A DNA stretch of 64,000 bases from Octopus vulgaris (lineage: Eukaryota). The position numbers and the translations under genes were made by a program. This document shows, piece after piece, positions 39,617 through 53,806 of this stretch. The DNA is taken from the NCBI GenBank assembly GCA_951406725.2, contig OX597815.1, positions 54,374,001 through 54,438,000 on the forward strand, read 5' to 3'. The number at the start of each line of letters is the position of its first letter. The first letter of the stretch is position 1. Below the pieces are notes generated by a model. It was not told the origin of the DNA. It saw only the letters and a program-made list of their open reading frames with translations, and did not search any database.

Positions 39617-40014
39617 AGTGGCTGTTTAGTAAGTAGCTTGCTTACTAACCACATGGTTCCGAATCCAGTCCCACTGCGTGGTACCTTGGACAAGTGTCTT
39701 CTACTATAGCCTCGGGCCGATCAAAGCCTTGTGAGTGGATTTGGTAGACGGAAACTGAAAGAAGCCCGTCGTATATATGTATAAATATATATGTGTGTGT
39801 GTGTGCTTGTATGTCTGTGTTTGTCCCCCCAACATAACTTGACAACTGATGCTGGTGTGTTTACGTCCCCGTTACTTAGCGGTTCGGCAAAAGAACCCGA
39901 TAGAATAAGTACTAGGCTTACAAAGAATAAGCCCTGGGGTCGATTTGCTCGACTAAAGGCGGTGCTCCAGCATCACCGCAGTCAAATGACTGAAACAAGT
40001 AAAAGAATAAAAGA
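39617..40014 (+). mobile_element. Near full-length SINE (family A) with internal (TA)/(TG) tract
   Basis: Partial copies at 2621-2760, 21520-21830, 33420-33540, 41112-41590 and 43195-43356. Confidence 0.85.
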
Positions 40015-40886
40015 CAGTAAAGAGAGAGAGAGAGAGATACAATGTCAGAGAGAATGTATATGAATAGAACAGAGAAGATAAGTGAGTCGAGAGAGTAGAT
40101 GCTTATTCCATTTGCTTAGAACCGGTTCATATTCTTGATAGTTTTATATGTTATATCAACATTAACAAGCATACAAAGTGTACATATCATATGTGTGTGT
40201 ACATACGTACGTACGTTCGTACGTACATACATACATACATACATACATACATACATACATACATACATACATACATACATACATACATACATACATACAT
40301 ACATGCATGCATGCATACTATCAGGGATACAAGTGTCGGAAGATTCAAGCAATAGGCAGCTAGTATAAAGAACAAAAGTGGAAGGTATACAATAAGATCA
40401 AATCATAATTTATTGACATCATATCGAAGTTTCAAAGAATTTCGATGAGCTGTTTGTTTTTATACAACTAACAGATAGCAACTAATGCTACTAATAATGC
40501 GACTAAAATCCAAAATTTAAAAGAGTGGAACAGGTAAAATGTAAGCTACATATGTTTCTTAACTAGCTGAAGATCATCATGCAAGTATTACACAATAAAC
40601 TCTCCTCAGCATAGCTAGTCATCAGGCTGAAATTACCGCGATAAGGTTTACTTTGCCACAAGGAATTAAAAGGAAAAGAAAATTCAATAGCAACAACAAC
40701 AAAGAAAGTAAGTTTAAACAACCATTCAATATGTTAGGGCAAGGTGGAACCGAAATAATAGTGGAGTTAAGAGTCAAAGAGTAGGAAGAAAAGAGGAAAG
40801 AAAAAAGAAAACGCTTATTTTTTCCTTCTCTTTCGCCTTTTCTTTATCGCAACCACGCATTTTATATACATATATATTTTTATTAA

Positions 40887-41010
40887 TATTCAGCAGAAAT
40901 AACTGAGTGGCTTAAGGTCCGAGAGTTTCGTTGGCACTTAGGACTAGTTTGATAAGTGCTGACGCATGAAACTCGCGGACATTAAGTCACTCTGTAACTT
41001 CTGTTAAATA
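40887..41010. repeat. Imperfect hairpin or small MITE of about 125 bp
   Basis: cagaaataactgagtggcttaaggtccgagagtttc pairs with gaaactcgcggacattaagtcactctgtaacttctg; inner gcactta/taagtgc. Confidence 0.7.
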
Positions 41011-41065
41011 ATAATAAGAATATACATATATTCATATTCTGGGTTCTATTTTCCCTGTTTGCATC

Positions 41066-41106
<41 letters not shown>

Positions 41107-41232
41107 ACATATTCTTTTGTTCTTTTATTCTTTTACTTGTTTCAATCATTTCATTGCGGCCATACTGGAACACTGCCTTGAAGGGTATTAGTCGAACAAA
41201 TCGACCCCAGGATATATTTCTTAAGCCTAGTA

Positions 41233-41488
41233 CAGTAGTTCTCAATCATTCTTTGCCGATGGACTCCTTTGATTCTTATTTTATTTGGGAAGTGGGGACC
41301 CTCATAGTCATTCAACGTCTAAAAACTCCTTCTATACTTTTATGATAAAATATTATCAATAAATGTGTAAAAGAATGTTTAAATGTTGTGTATTGCAGAA
41401 ATATAACCAGTTTATTGCTTATGAATTTTAACAACAAAATCGCCTATGGACCCTTAAGGGCCACATGGATCCCAGTAGAGAACCACTG
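41233..41488. mobile_element. hAT-type MITE inserted into a SINE
   Basis: TIRs cagtagttctc / gagaaccactg; 8-bp TSD gcctagta / gcctagga; SINE A continues on both sides. Confidence 0.85.
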
Positions 41489-41619
41489 GCCTAGGACTTT
41501 TTAGCCAACCGCCAGGTTACGGGGGCGTAAGCACACCAACACCGGTTGTTAAACAGTGGTGGAGAATAAACATAGACACAAAGACACAAACACGCATGCG
41601 CACACACACATACATATAT

Positions 41620-43170
41620 TGTCTTTTGTCACTCTTGTATATGTCTTTTGACGATGGTTGTCGCCCTGATAGATATTGTTATATTCCGAAGTCATCGATA
41701 GAATAGTTCTATCAGGAACAGTACGATGGGCAATCGTACAGTGTTATTATCCTCAAAAGATTGGATCGATATAACGACCATTTAGTATCACAGTATAATT
41801 ACTATAGCAGCACAGACACAACTGTCAACACAGTCTACACGTACTCCCGACCTATCTGCCCCTCACCCTCTCGACTGGCTACTGGTCTATTTGTAATGGC
41901 TGTCTGCTACCACTTCTTACCGGAAGGGATGTACACTTTCATTATACAAGACCTCCCCTTTTAATTTCTTTTATTAGCAATCACATTCTTTTATTCACTC
42001 TAACTCCTCTAATTTCTCTTGAGCCTTACATTAGATATTGTTCTTGTATCCCTCTGTGACTGTGCTTTCGTTCACGCTGTTGCCATTGTAACTGCAGTTG
42101 TGCTTTTTCGTGTTGATGTTGCGGGCGTTAGTGACGTTACTGTATGTGTGTTTGTGTGTGTATATAGGTTTGCATACTATGTTGTTTTTACTCGTGCCCT
42201 TTATATAGTTTTTTGTTTTGTTTACCGATGTATCTCTATTTTTTATATTTATAATAGGCATGTGCATGTTTGGTTTTTGTGTATGTATTACACCGTTTGT
42301 ATCAGTGTGTTTTTTCCTTCAGGCTTCAGTCGTCTTGTTGCGTAGTGGGGATTGTTATTGTTCCATTCGTGTTTTTTATTGTGACTTAGTCAGTCTGTTA
42401 CTATGTGTGTGGCCTCTGTAATCTGTCTAAGTGTCGTGTCAGTTCTATGCATTTATAATACCTTAACCATTATGTTATTAACCCAGCCTCTATGTTCTAC
42501 TTGAGCATGTTGATAGAGGACAGACAAGATTTACTTGTCTTTGAGTTCCTACACTATATACATATTCGCTCCCCTTTCTTGCATGTCATATCCCCAATAT
42601 AAATTGTTGTATTGTTTCTGCACCGTCCTTTAGTACATCGTAAGCTATAGACTATATTTATAATCTCACAATTAACCTGTGGATTCATCCTTCATACCAT
42701 ACAATAGTTCTCCGTACATAGAGACCTATCGAAGGGACACGTTTTACAGATCAGGGATTTTATGGGGTTTCGGGCATTTCTACTACTTTAATCCGTAGAT
42801 TTACCTTATTTAATGCTTATCTTAAAAGATATGCTAGTACGCCACCAGAGGTAGCATCAACGGACATGACTCTCTGGTACTTTTTGTTTCTATACTATGA
42901 GTTGGCCATATCTATCTTTTTCCTTATATTTTCCGTGCTTTACTCCTATGTAGCGGGCAGATCCCTCTCTATGATTGCCTTGTGCTTAGCCTTGCCTCCT
43001 TTGTACACTCTAATCCTGTCCCTTTGGCTGTAACCGGATTATTGCATGCAGTGGATGAAGTGTTGTTTATGTCTTTCCAATTCTACAGGACTGCACATGC
43101 GGGACTCATTCGTCATCACTCTCACTGAGTCCGCTATTAGAATGTTGAACTTGGCGTTGTCTAAATACAC
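41620..43170 (-). pseudogene. Degenerate 5'-truncated PLE: RT thumb plus GIY-YIG (tentatively Hydra-type)
   Basis: Manual minus-strand translation: MQ*SGY..R, PLHR, V.ATSGG.L, IKVVE, CPF, C....C..*, NIVYSLRC...C, YIG, VLYQHAQVEHRG, RQITEA, N.KHEW. Confidence 0.8.
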
Positions 43171-43406
43171 ACACACACACACATATATATATGTGTACGA
43201 CGAGTTCCTTTCAGTTTCTGTCAAACAAATCCACACAGAAGGCTTTGGTCTTCCCAAAGCTATACTAGGAAACACTTGCCCAAGATGCTAAGCATTCGGA
43301 CTGAACCCGGAAGTGGTTGGAAAGGAAAATTCTTAACACACAGCCACGACTACTCCTATATGTATATATATATACGTATATACATATAACACAGAAAGAA
43401 AGATAA

Positions 43407-43477
<71 letters not shown>

Positions 43478-43857
43478 CATCCAGAGACATACCTACAGAC
43501 GCACGCACATGTGCATGCGTGTAGATTTTCTTTAGTTGTGCATTTTATTATAACCTCAGGTTTCATGCACTAGAATAAAAAAGAAATTTCAAATTCTCCA
43601 AATGCAAGATGGAAGTAGAACTGCATTTTGCATTTGGCTAGTGAGATTTTACAAACATCAAACGTTATTATATGGTATAAGACGAAATATAAAATACATA
43701 GATTATAGGGTGCAATTACACTGCGTCTTAGTAGTGGTTGCTTTCCTTTCTTTACGTGATATGAACTCAATAGAAAATAGATGTAGCTTCATCCCTAATA
43801 TAGGCTCTAATTGATGTGTCTAACATATATGCAATCTGGAATTGAGTCAAACAGTTA

Positions 43858-43911
<54 letters not shown>

Positions 43912-44646
43912 TCTGTATGCGTTTCTGTGTGACAGTGTTTCTGGGTGTATATGTGTGTATGTACTACACACATATACACTCATACACACACAAGTATGTG
44001 TGTTGGAATACATATATACGTTTATGCATACACACATAGTTCATTTAACAATTCTAATACCTTTGTCTTAATTTAGCCGATCAGTTACATTTTCGATTAT
44101 TGTACAGTATTTTGATATTACTTAAACATGCGATAACCAAGGTAATTCTGGAGATTATTTTATTCTTTACACTCTCACGGATAACAAACAACGGATTTTT
44201 CTGCAATATGACTATTTCTATTCGAGGGTTTTCTTAATATATCATTTCTATTTTCCTACTTTTATGTGGATCATTTTAAAATTTGTTCAGGTACTCAGTT
44301 AAATGTAGTCTAAGCGGTCTAAGATAATTAGAGATTTATCCGCGTATTTTCAATATATCTTTCTAACATTTATGAATTTATTACTATATTATTCTGTTCG
44401 AATAGCTTTTATCACAACTGCAAATCTAAAATGAAAAGTTGTTATCGTGTACCAACAATAGAAATGAACTATATAAATTCATTCCATACAAACTATACAT
44501 TTACGCAAGATCTAACAAAAGAATCAGCTTATCTATGGAAATATATATTTTTCCCTTTTTCCACTCTAACGTACATATGTATGTATGGATATATATATCC
44601 ATACAAGCATGCATATATATACATACATACATGCATACATGCATAC

Positions 44647-44678
<32 letters not shown>

Positions 44679-44682
44679 ATAC

Positions 44683-44759
<77 letters not shown>

Positions 44760-45126
44760 CTTCTATTCTTTTACTTCCTTCAACCGTTAACTGTGAGAAG
44801 CTGGAGTAGTCACTTTCTAGGACTCTAGATTGATCGCAGTTAATGTGTGAGTCGTTTATTAAAAATGTGTACTGTGGTCAATCAAACCTTATAACGAGAC
44901 GGCTAATCTGCATGGACATAAATCTGCACCGTTTCTCTAGCGATGACAATCTAAAAGAGAAACCAAATATATATCCATACATACGAAGGGTTTACCCAGT
45001 TTCTGTCTACCAAATTTGTATGCTATACATTAGTCGGCCTAAGGCTGTAGTAGAAGTCACCTATTCCTCGAAACCACGTGGTTTTGAAGCTAACTAGTCA
45101 TATACACACTATAATAGTATGCATTC

Positions 45127-45183
<57 letters not shown>

Positions 45184-45528
45184 TGTATGGGTACAGGACA
45201 TAACCAATGTTGCAAATGACATGAAATACGTAAACAGAAAGAAGACTTTTTTTGAAAAGAGAAAAGATACTTGTCCTGTTTTCCATTTTTCATCTCGTTG
45301 TTTACGTATGTTATGTTATTTGCACCGATGGTAATGTCCTGTACCTATATATGCATGTGTATGTATGTGTATATATTTAACATAATAAATCCGTTTTAGG
45401 AAATAATCCTAAAATTTTAAGTTTCAAATTTAGTTAATGGAGTTTCTTCTTTAAGAAAAAAATTATTTCATTTATTTTTTAAATAAATATTGTTTAAATA
45501 TATTTGCTTATTTATTTAACAATTATTG

Positions 45529-45630
45529 TTAACCTGAAGATTGACTATAATTTTAAATTGAATTCATTTTAATTAAATTTAAATTCAATTGTATTTCAAA
45601 TTTAATTTTTGCCATGAAACGTACTTAGTT
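45529..45630 (+). ncRNA. Degenerate hammerhead motif with long AT-rich stem-II insertion
   Basis: ttaac CTGAAGA ttgac..65 nt..gccat GAAA cg TA cttag; mismatches in stems I and II. Confidence 0.4.
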
Positions 45631-46405
45631 TTTTATTTATTATATATTGATTATTCATTTTTATACTTTTTGAGATCTAGTTATGTGTTTTATAAGAACT
45701 CTTGCGAAGTGATGCCTTTTACCGCTTCCGTCGTTTTTTTTTCTTTACTATTTCCTGAAGCTCTAGGACATACCAGTCATATCAACAAGTTCGTCAATTG
45801 TTCAATGATAGTACTCCTGGTTCAGTACTCCTGAGCTTTGTCGTCTTTACTCCAGATGATATCTGAAATTTCACAAATGCAACAACAGTGTGCATAGTTT
45901 ACTTTTGTACCCGCTTAAAGTTACATCCGATCCAAAATTATTCAACTTGATTCTTTCTACGTTATAATTAATACATTCTGACACACTGTAAACAAACATT
46001 GGTAGTATTTCGCAAAGAATTTTCTAACTCATTTCATATTCTTATAGATAATTAATGCTATTAAAATAAGGTTTATTGGACTTTTTCCTTTATTTTTCGC
46101 CTTTGTAATATAAAATGGATGTTGGATTCCTAAACACCAACATTTATAAATTTGCTTTCCTATTTCGTGTTTTTCATTCTTGTTTTTTTACTGGAATATG
46201 TGGATCAGTCATTCAATGTTTCCTCCCTTTTTTAATACAACTTGTATAATTTGAAGGAAATTTCACTGTTATTGTTTTGCAAGTCGAATGATCTCGTATA
46301 GTTTCCATTCTGAACTCGGAATTTGTGCCTGACTACATTAAGTCAGGTAAGAACAGAAGACTGAAAGTTACACGCTGAAAACTTACATCTCAATTTCGCT
46401 AATTA

Positions 46406-48570
46406 CACTGTGCAACACTCAAAAAAGTACAAGAAATCTGTGGCCATTTTTATATGCAAAATGACATGGGAAATCCATTTCTGGCCTTCTTTTTGTTGAA
46501 TTAGGCATGGTTTCTACAGAATTGTCACTGTATACTCTTTTTGTCATTGTTATTAAATAAAATTCTCTTCCGCATTGTAAAATGGGTTTCAACCCAGTGC
46601 TAGAGACCAATTTTAGTAACACCTACAATGTGATTCAAAGCTTGTGTTTAATGTTATTTTTTATCTTTCAGATCTTATTTGTTTTCAACAATGAGTGCAA
46701 GACACTGCAAAAATGATCCAAACAGATTCTGTTATATCTGTGGGTAAGTGACTTTTGTTAAGTAAAAGCGCCATATCAAGAAAATATACAAGGCGTACTT
46801 CGATTGTTACTTAGGAGACCAGGATAAGTCATAGGCTCCTCATGTGTGTTGCTTTACATGTGTCAAGACATTGACATATGCAGGAAAAATGTTCACATGA
46901 AGTTTGGTGTGCCAATGATTTAGTGTAAGCAGAAAAATCACACTAATGATTGCTATTTCTGTCACCACGACTTTGCAGGCTGTACTACAGCAAAGAAAAA
47001 GAAACACATTGTTTAACCAAACTTGAAATCAGCAATGCACCCTGTAGAACACTCAGAAAATTTACCTGTGCCCAAATCTCCAGATCTAGAAATGCAGAGT
47101 TCCAGCAGTGCTGATGAACATTCCAGTGGTGAATATGTGGAGCCCAATGATCTAGAAAGGGAGAATAAACCAATACCATTTTCTCAAGAGGCTCTAAATT
47201 ACTTGTGCAGGGATCTCTATTTAACCTAAGAGAAAAGTGAGTTTCTGGTATCAAGGCTTCAAGAACGTAACCTTCTTGAGAAAGGAGTGAAGATAACACT
47301 GTACAGAAAACGTACAAAGGATCTGCTTGCATTATTCACCATGAAGGATGACTTATGCTTTTGTAATGATATCACTGAACTTTTTGAGCAACTGGAAATA
47401 CCATACGATGTACCCAAGGACAGCATCAAAGCTGTTCTGCTACACAATGCTAGCACTCTGCCTTCTGTTCCCATAGCTTATAGCACAACCATTAAAGAAT
47501 CATATGAAAATCTGAAAGCAATTCTAACAAGCATACAGTATGATAACCATACCTGGCATATTTGTGCAGATTTTAAGGTTGTGGCCATGCTTACTGGCCT
47601 TCAGCTTGGCTATACTATATTTTGCTGCTTCCTGTGCTTATGGAATTGCAGAGCAAGAGCTGAACATTATGAATAGAAGGATTGTGCGATCCAAGAGGAA
47701 ATTGAGCAAGGAAAACGCAACATCATGCACAAACTACTTGTGGAAAGTGATGGAATTTTTTTACCACCTTTGCATATTAAACTTGGTTTGTTTAAGCAAT
47801 TTGTGAAAGCCTTGGACAAGGATTCCTCAAAATTTGCATATCTTGCAAAAAGGTTCCCTTCCCAGAGTCAAGCTAAAATTAAAGAAGGTTTCTTCATAGG
47901 TCCCCCAATTCGAAAAATTGTACTTGATGAAACCTTCATCACATATCTCAAGAGAAAAGAGAAGCTTGCATTTGAGCCATTCAAGAAAGTTTACGACAAC
48001 TTCCTGGGCAAACACCATTCAGAAGACAATGTGCAAGTTGTGAATGATCTGCTGAGACATTATCATGATACGGGATGTAACATGTCTCTAAAAGCTCATG
48101 TGCTTCACTCTCGTTTGGATTTTTGGCGGAAAATCTTGGTGATGTGAGTGATGAACATGGTGAAAGATTCCATCAGGATATTTCAGTGATGGAGCGACAA
48201 TTCAAAGGAAAATGGGACCTGGCATGTTGGCAGACTACTTCTGGGGTATAAAAAAAGATCACACTCCGCACAAGAGGCTTAGAAGGTCAAAAGTTGTTTA
48301 AATTGATAGGTGTCTTTTTTAATTCATAACCAATATATATTTTGTCATACCAACTAAATTTTTTGTTTCGTTTTTTGTAACTTTCAGTATTTGCAATGTT
48401 GTGTTCAATACACAATATTATGCAGTATATTATAAAAAATATGGTTCATGGTACGGGAAAACGGTGCCTAATCTGGAGAAATAAAGAATCAGAATCAGGA
48501 CACTTTTTGACCCAGAAACAAGTCTTATTTAACTTGTACTTTTTTGGCACCCGCAATTTGTTGCACAGTG
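46406..48570 (+). mobile_element. Chapaev3 (CMC) DNA transposon with pseudogenised transposase from 46691 to about 48300
   Basis: TIRs cactgtgcaac / gttgcacagtg with TTA TSD; FCYICG, APHVCC..C, DCYFC, KAVLLHN, LPPLHIKLGL, MSLK.H.LHS and SDEHGERFHQDI motifs. Confidence 0.9.
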
Positions 48571-48574
48571 TTAT

Positions 48575-48770
48575 TGGTTTCAAATCTTGGCTCAATGCCA
48601 TCAGTTTAGGGGAAGAGGATAAGTCGATTACATTGACCTCAGAGCTCAACTGGTACTTATTTTATCGACTCCGTAAGGAAGAAAGGCAAAGTCATCCTCA
48701 GCAGAATTTGAAATCAGCACGTAAAAATGAACTAAATGCCGCTATGCATTTTCCTCAGGGGCATTTCGTA
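48575..48770 (-). mobile_element. SINE family C
   Basis: ctggtacttattttatcgac...aaaggcaaagtc matches 27255-27320. Confidence 0.65.
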
Positions 48771-50379
48771 AGTTTTCACGTTCTGTTACAGAATATTCAA
48801 TAAGAGAGATCTTTTAGCATTATGTGCTACAACTACAAAGAGTTTGCATTACATTATTTATTTATTAAAATTTCATCATTTGTATTGCTTGGAACATAAG
48901 TGTTTGATATTAATTTTAAAGCATATCCACACATATGAATTATTAAACATCTATGGAACAGTTGCATAAAGGTTTAACAGCCGTCTCTGAAAGGTTCAAC
49001 TATGTAATGATTAGAGAATACATATTTTATATTAATCTTCTTACCCAAACTTAATTGCTCTCGTACATGATCTAACGTATCGATTTAATTAATATTCTGT
49101 GATTAAACGATGTAACGCATTTTATTGCATTGATCTAGAGATGTTACTTTGATAGGGCAATATGTAATTTTAATTACTGATTTCGAAATTTACTCCTTTT
49201 ATAATAGTGATTAACAATGATACCGGATGATTGATCAATGCCACTGAAAATCTATTGAAACAATGCATATATCAGTGATGGAACAATGAAGAAATATTTA
49301 TTTATTGTTCGATGGCAAAAGACAGAAGGCATTCCGGATTGTATTTTTTCGAGCAAATCATCAATGAAGTATTGAACACACTACCGCCTATATTTAAATA
49401 TTTCTTTTGCGCTGCCTAATTGCGAGCGTATTCAAATTCCAATTAGTAAAAATTACAAACACAGACCGGACATTCATAGGATGGAGAATGCACCTGAAGT
49501 CCTCGTTTTGAATAAATTAATAGAAATTTATTTGTTATTGCCTGTAACTATTTGAAAATAGTTAAACATGCGTCAGAGATAAAACAAAAACGAAAATATA
49601 TATAATTGCAGTGATGTGATGATTAATTTCTCGTTTTGGAAATCTATCTTTAAAAGTTTATTGATTTATACTTCGAAAGGAAATAAAAATATCAAATGAG
49701 ATTTTAATTACCAGACATTGTCAAAAATGAAGATTCAATTGATATTGAAACATTTCCTCCACACAGACGATAAATCAACATTCGTGTCTTTTCTTACAGA
49801 CTCTCAGAGTTTGTTATTTAATCCTCCACTAGTGAAAACTTACTGATGTACAGCATTAAAGCAAACTGAAGTTAACGTGTTAAAATTCAAAAGTAATGCG
49901 ATTCCGTAAATAAATTTTCTTTTACTTTTTCTGTGGTTTCGGTCTCTAGACTGCACGTATGTTTCATGATTATAACGCAGTTTTTAACTTTGACAAATAA
50001 ATAAATCACCAACTGTTTCATCTTAAACAGCAAGTAGACCTGAAATGGATATAAATTCAAAATCGCTCTATCGAATCCACTGCTATATTTACATAATTTT
50101 TAATCAGCTTAATGCACCGTGCTTTAAAATATATATCCTATAATTATTACCAACCGAAAACCAACGATTATGACTTTGTGGCAACAAAGGAGAAACGTCT
50201 AATGTATTTCTGATATATATTTCATCTTTCAAAGAAGGATAAAAAGCAAATTCGATGCATAGAAACTTTGAATGCAGACACAAAATGTACAGACCAAATA
50301 AATTTTCCAAAACAACAGTGATATACAGTATTAACATATTGCTGTAATACATACATATATACACACATGCATATACATA

Positions 50380-51192
50380 CAAGGTGTTTCAAAAAATTTG
50401 ATTTCATTTGAGATGTAAATATCGCAGAAATTACATAGTCAAAATAAATCAAACTAAACAGGCTTAATGTTGAGCAACATAAGATTTATTCCTTCAAATT
50501 TGAATGAGAAATTCAAAGGTATGTGGATTCCATGAACGATTTCACAAATTTTCAATATACCCACCGCCTGAGACATGGCACATGTCTAGTCGGTAGTCCA
50601 TCTCCTCCCAAATACGCTGCTTCATGTCTTGGGCAACAGTGATTCTCTGCTCGAGTTCCTCTAGGTTTGCAGGAAGAGGGGGGACATACACCAAGCCCTT
50701 CACATAGCCCTACATTTGCGCTTTCGCTTGTCATCTGCCGTTGTGGCCTGAACGAGCTGCAGTTTGTAGGGTTTCATTACCAAGCGTTTCTTCAGGACGC
50801 GCCAAACTGTCGTTCGAAGAATCTGGGTTTCCAGACATGTTATTATGGACTTCCTGGGGCTTCGCAAGAGTTTTTGGTGAACTTGCTCGACCATCTCTTC
50901 CGATGTTAGTGGTCGTCCAGATCATTTTGCCCTGCACAGAGAGCCTTCCTCTTTGAATTTTTTGTGGCATGTCCAAATTTGCATTACCGTTGGTGACTTT
51001 TTAGAGAACATTCTCACAAATGCACGCTGCACAGTCTTGTGTTCGAGAATACTCCAACACACAAAACGCCTCTTCTCTTCCAGTGAATGCTATTTCTATA
51101 CCTGAAAAGATAAACATATCAAACATTAGACATAAAATTTCTACACATGTTATTAGATTGCGAAACGATATTAATTTTTTTGAAACACCATA
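50380..51192 (-). mobile_element. Internally deleted Tc1/mariner element
   Basis: TIRs ggtgtttcaaaaaa / ttttttgaaacacc with TA flanks; RSPRKS...TTVWRVLKKRL.MKPYKLQLVQ HTH motif. Confidence 0.8.
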
Positions 51193-51214
51193 TATATATA
51201 TATAATTATAAATT

Positions 51215-51256
<42 letters not shown>

Positions 51257-51639
51257 CACACAAACACATACACGCAAATATTGTTACTGATTAAGCATTT
51301 TCGAATGCAATTGTTTATCAAATTTCTTTCTCTTTCTGTCTGTTAATTTCTCTCTCTCTCTCTCCCACCGATACACACTCACACAGAAACTTAACCACAC
51401 ATCTACCCATGATTCTTAGGGCTTTATATATAGATTTCTATTTTGATAGTTCTGAAGCAAACAATTGTCGCTTGACAGAAGAATTCATACTTGACACAAC
51501 TCATCCCCGACGTACTTCCCTGTGTTCCATCTTGCTTGTCATTTAATTAAAGTGCCTTGCTACCATTGTTTGGTCCCATTTGTTCCCTGAGCAGACACCC
51601 TTACCACCAACAGTGTATTAACGTAAAATCTCTGATAAT

Positions 51640-52005
51640 GCCATATGTAAGAAAGGAATATGGGATAGTTAGCCATGGCAAGAATTTTCATGGAGTAGCA
51701 AAAGTATCCCATTTGAATAGTGACAGCGGGAGCGCTATTTAGTCCATTGTCACATATGGTTGCGAAGCATGGATTCGGAACAAATTTAAAAAGACATAAT
51801 CAATGCGTTTGATAAGTATGTTTATAGGAGAATGTTGCCAGTCACTTACAATGACCATCAAACAAATGAATAGGTCTTACAAGTAGGTGAAAGGCGACAA
51901 CTCTTGAACATTGTGAAAAAAAAACAAAAGCTCATTTATTATGGCAATATTTGAAGGAGCAGAAATCTGGAAAACACTATCATGGAAGCAAGAGTAGATG
52001 GTAGT
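51640..52005 (+). pseudogene. RTE-clade LINE C-terminal remnant
   Basis: SIVTYGCEAW, INAFD..VYRRML, TNE.VL, KLIYYG, LENTIMEARVDG. Confidence 0.7.
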
Positions 52006-52111
52006 AAGGCGGCGAGCTGGCAGAAACGTTAGCCCACCGGGCGAAATGCTTAGAGATATTTCGTCTGTCTTTATGTTCTGAGTTCAAATTCCACCGCAGT
52101 TGACTTTGCCT
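52006..52111 (+). mobile_element. SINE family C head
   Basis: ggcggcgagctggcagaa (A-box) ... gagttcaaattcc (B-box). Confidence 0.75.
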
Positions 52112-52959
52112 GTTATCAAAAAGAAGGAGAAACATTATAAATATTTAGATTGAACCCATTATGTCTATAAAGCATGTCTTTTATTTGCTTTAGATTTGTA
52201 GCGAAATCTATCGATATAGTATGATGTTCTATATCGCTTTTTTTCATTGTATAAATATTATGATGCAGCACGGATTTTTGTCAGTGAACAGGTCGCGGTC
52301 TTAAAGCGACGAAAATATTTTGACAAATTAAACTTAAATGTTGAAGTGAATTGAACGGCTTTTGTGTGTTTCTTAAATGGCTTACAAACACCTTCAACGC
52401 TGCAATTGTTTTCGTTTCAGCACACGATCTCAGATCAAATCACTTGCTATGCAAGTACATCTCCGTAATATTATGATTATACCTTATGAAACAGAATATC
52501 TATATATATGCTCTAAAATTTCATCTAGATAGACAAATATGTCCGTTGATAAGTAATCAAATATTCGCTTGTTTTTCAGTTATGCAGCTACTTTCTTGCC
52601 ATTACTTTCAAAAGAACATAAACAAACAAAATTATTCTCTCTCTGGGCTACGTGCTACTCAATATTTTGTCGATCATCTAACTCAATACTACCACTATAT
52701 TATTTTATGAACCACACTCAGAAATAAGAAGCGGAAATTTTTTTTTAAATTCTTCATTTTAATCTCTCAATAGTGAAAAAATTAAATTATACCATTTAGA
52801 AAAGATTACATCTTATAGAAAGATTAAATATAAGATAAAACATATACCAGAACCTATAAACGGAGTGAAATCACAGTTTCAAATATCAATTAATATTAAA
52901 CTTATTTACTTAAATAAGTAATGTGAAAATAATAAATAAAACGTATATATTTGTTAGAA

Positions 52960-53022
52960 TAACTACACGTGTTTCGTGGCAATATTTAAGAAATTTTAAC
53001 AGTAAAATCACTCTTCAGGTTA
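52960..53022 (-). ncRNA. Type I hammerhead ribozyme in PLE 3' pLTR
   Basis: taac CTGAAGA gtg..cac GAAA cacgtg TA gtta; palindromic stem III. Confidence 0.8.
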
Positions 53023-53806
53023 AAGATAAAAACAATACAATAATTAGATAAATTAATGAATATACATATATAATCTTGTAAAATACGAAATATCTTAACA
53101 AATGTATTCTTGTGTAAATAAAAAATAGAATAAAAAGTATCAATATTTATTATATCTATAAAAATAAAATTTTAACATATATAAGAAAAGAATAATAAAC
53201 AATAATATATCATTATTACTAGAAAATAAAATACAATTAATTAGATAATTTAAAAGTTATATATACAAAATATACACTAAGTGAAAACTAAATACTATAA
53301 TTTAATATATACACATTAAACTAAATTATTAAGTAATTTATTTATTTAATAAACATCTAAATAAAATCTTATTCCCATTAAGTATATTATATTAAAAACC
53401 TAGCGTTAAGTAATATACATAATGCTAGTACAAACTATAAATTTTAGAATTAAAATTAGGAAATGGTTCAAATATATACATGCCTATTATATAATCTAAC
53501 TATATTATTAATATATATGTAGTATCTATAGATTTAATATTTCACTCAATTGTATAGTGGACCAAAATATCAATTAATATTAAACTTATTTATTTAAATG
53601 TAAAACTACGTAATAAATAAACCACCTAACTATTAAATAATATATTGTCTTACAAAACTATTTCTCAAATTAAATTATATGTAATACGTTAAATCACATT
53701 ATAAAAATAATAATAAACATAATAAATAAATAGATATACATGTCATAACTAATAATTATCAAGAAATTATATATAAATTTATATATTAACAACAATAATA
53801 TAAATA

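Noticed and set aside
42690-42696. In-frame TGA at an expected Cys of the PLE Zn linker (selenocysteine, as in some Naiad PLEs)
   Set aside because: The copy has many TAA/TAG stops and frameshifts and I saw no SECIS; ordinary decay is simpler
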